Shown here: positions 63,670 to 64,000 of the stretch, piece by piece | How the letters are laid out: each line of letters begins with the position of its first letter | How positions within the stretch are numbered: position 1 is the stretch's first letter | NCBI GenBank assembly: GCA_030426395.1 | Contig: JAUHYE010000002.1 | Coordinates: 960 to 64,959 of the forward strand | Origin: Phycisphaerae bacterium | GTDB taxonomy: Bacteria; Planctomycetota; Phycisphaerae; Phycisphaerales; UBA1924 | Direction of reading: 5' to 3' | DNA: 64,000 nt | The notes under the pieces: model-generated | Seen by the model: the letters and a program-made list of their open reading frames with translations, nothing else | Databases searched by the model: none | Told to the model about the DNA's origin: nothing | Translations under genes and position numbers: made by a program

Positions 63670-64000
63670 TCAGGGGCTGCGCTCGGTTTCAACGGCGGAC
63701 CACTCGACAATGCGTCCCGGCTCGACACGTCCATCGGCGTCGGATTGTGGATTTGCCGCGGCGAAGAGACGTAAGCCGTCACTGCTCCATGCAACCCCGC
63801 AGTAGACCTGATCCGGGGCGGCTCGGAGTTGCAGGCCGAGTTGCTCGGTTGCCAGGTGCCACACATGAACCTCACCTGCACTTAGGTCTCCGCTGCCGAG
63901 CAATCCGCTGCTGCTTGCCAGGCGTGAACCGTCAGGCGAGAACGCGACCCCGGATATCTCACGTGTATGCCCGCGCAACTCCGTTTGCACAGAACCGTCG
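63670..64000 (-). CDS. WD40-repeat protein, C-terminal part (start beyond window)
   Basis: LRGHTREISGVAFSPDGSRLASSS and VAWSSDGLRLFAA WD-repeat signatures. The frame stays open to nt 64000. Confidence 0.7.
   Translation of the reverse strand, partial: DGSVQTELRGHTREISGVAFSPDGSRLASSSGLLGSGDLSAGEVHVWHLATEQLGLQLRAAPDQVYCGVAWSSDGLRLFAAANPQSDADGRVEPGRIVEWSAVETERSP

Larger units (their letters stand above)
41800..64000. mobile_element. integrated plasmid-like / ICE-IME-type element (partial; right end beyond window, left border approximate)
   Basis: Contiguous backbone genes repA, parA, RHH, ardC, an orphan MTase and a MobF relaxase. Also iterons, an ArdC pseudogene at the border, and AT-richer intergenic tracts. 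No integrase or T4SS seen in the window. Confidence 0.6.

Noticed and set aside
63186-63881. 231-aa minus-strand ORF overlapping both the 63213-63659 gene and the WD40 gene end.
   Set aside because: It crosses the stop of the WD40 ORF in another frame, is Arg/Pro/Gly/Ser/Ala-rich and has no motifs. It is a likely shadow ORF.

Overview
High-GC (roughly two-thirds G+C by eye) bacterial chromosomal segment. The gene content suggests Planctomycetota/Phycisphaerae: a DUF1559-style prepilin-leader protein and many secreted proteins ending in a Cys-bounded dockerin-like module. This taxonomic call is inference only. Positions 1-41.8 kb are core chromosome. They carry dnaB, pdxH, rlmN, dps, xthA, an NtrC-type two-component pair, ileS, rsgA, tRNA-Lys(CUU), assorted enzymes and five secreted proteins sharing a 55-aa C-terminal module. 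From about 41.8 kb to the window end the character changes. Intergenic patches have lower GC, and the genes are plasmid/ICE backbone genes: RepA with iterons and a DnaA box, ParA plus an RHH partner, ArdC, an orphan DNA methyltransferase and a MobF/TrwC-type relaxase. Two cargo modules sit in this region. One is a tightly coupled ArsR-TolC-HlyD-ABC(FtsX x2) efflux operon. The other is an overlapping AAA+ ATPase / cytoplasmic S8 subtilase pair that I read as an IetAS-like anti-phage candidate, and it is the most interesting locus in the window. Other notable items: an 18 x 21-bp in-phase tandem repeat array directly upstream of (or fused to) a flavoprotein gene; an alpha/beta-hydrolase-membrane-ATP-grasp fusion; a decayed second ArdC copy at the island border; and a nest of palindromes upstream of parA. 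No integrase, T4SS, CRISPR array or rRNA is visible. Most long ORFs in the six-frame track are antisense shadow ORFs typical of GC-rich DNA and were not called. The ORF track translates alternative start codons (GTG etc.) as M, and start codons are the least certain part of every CDS call.
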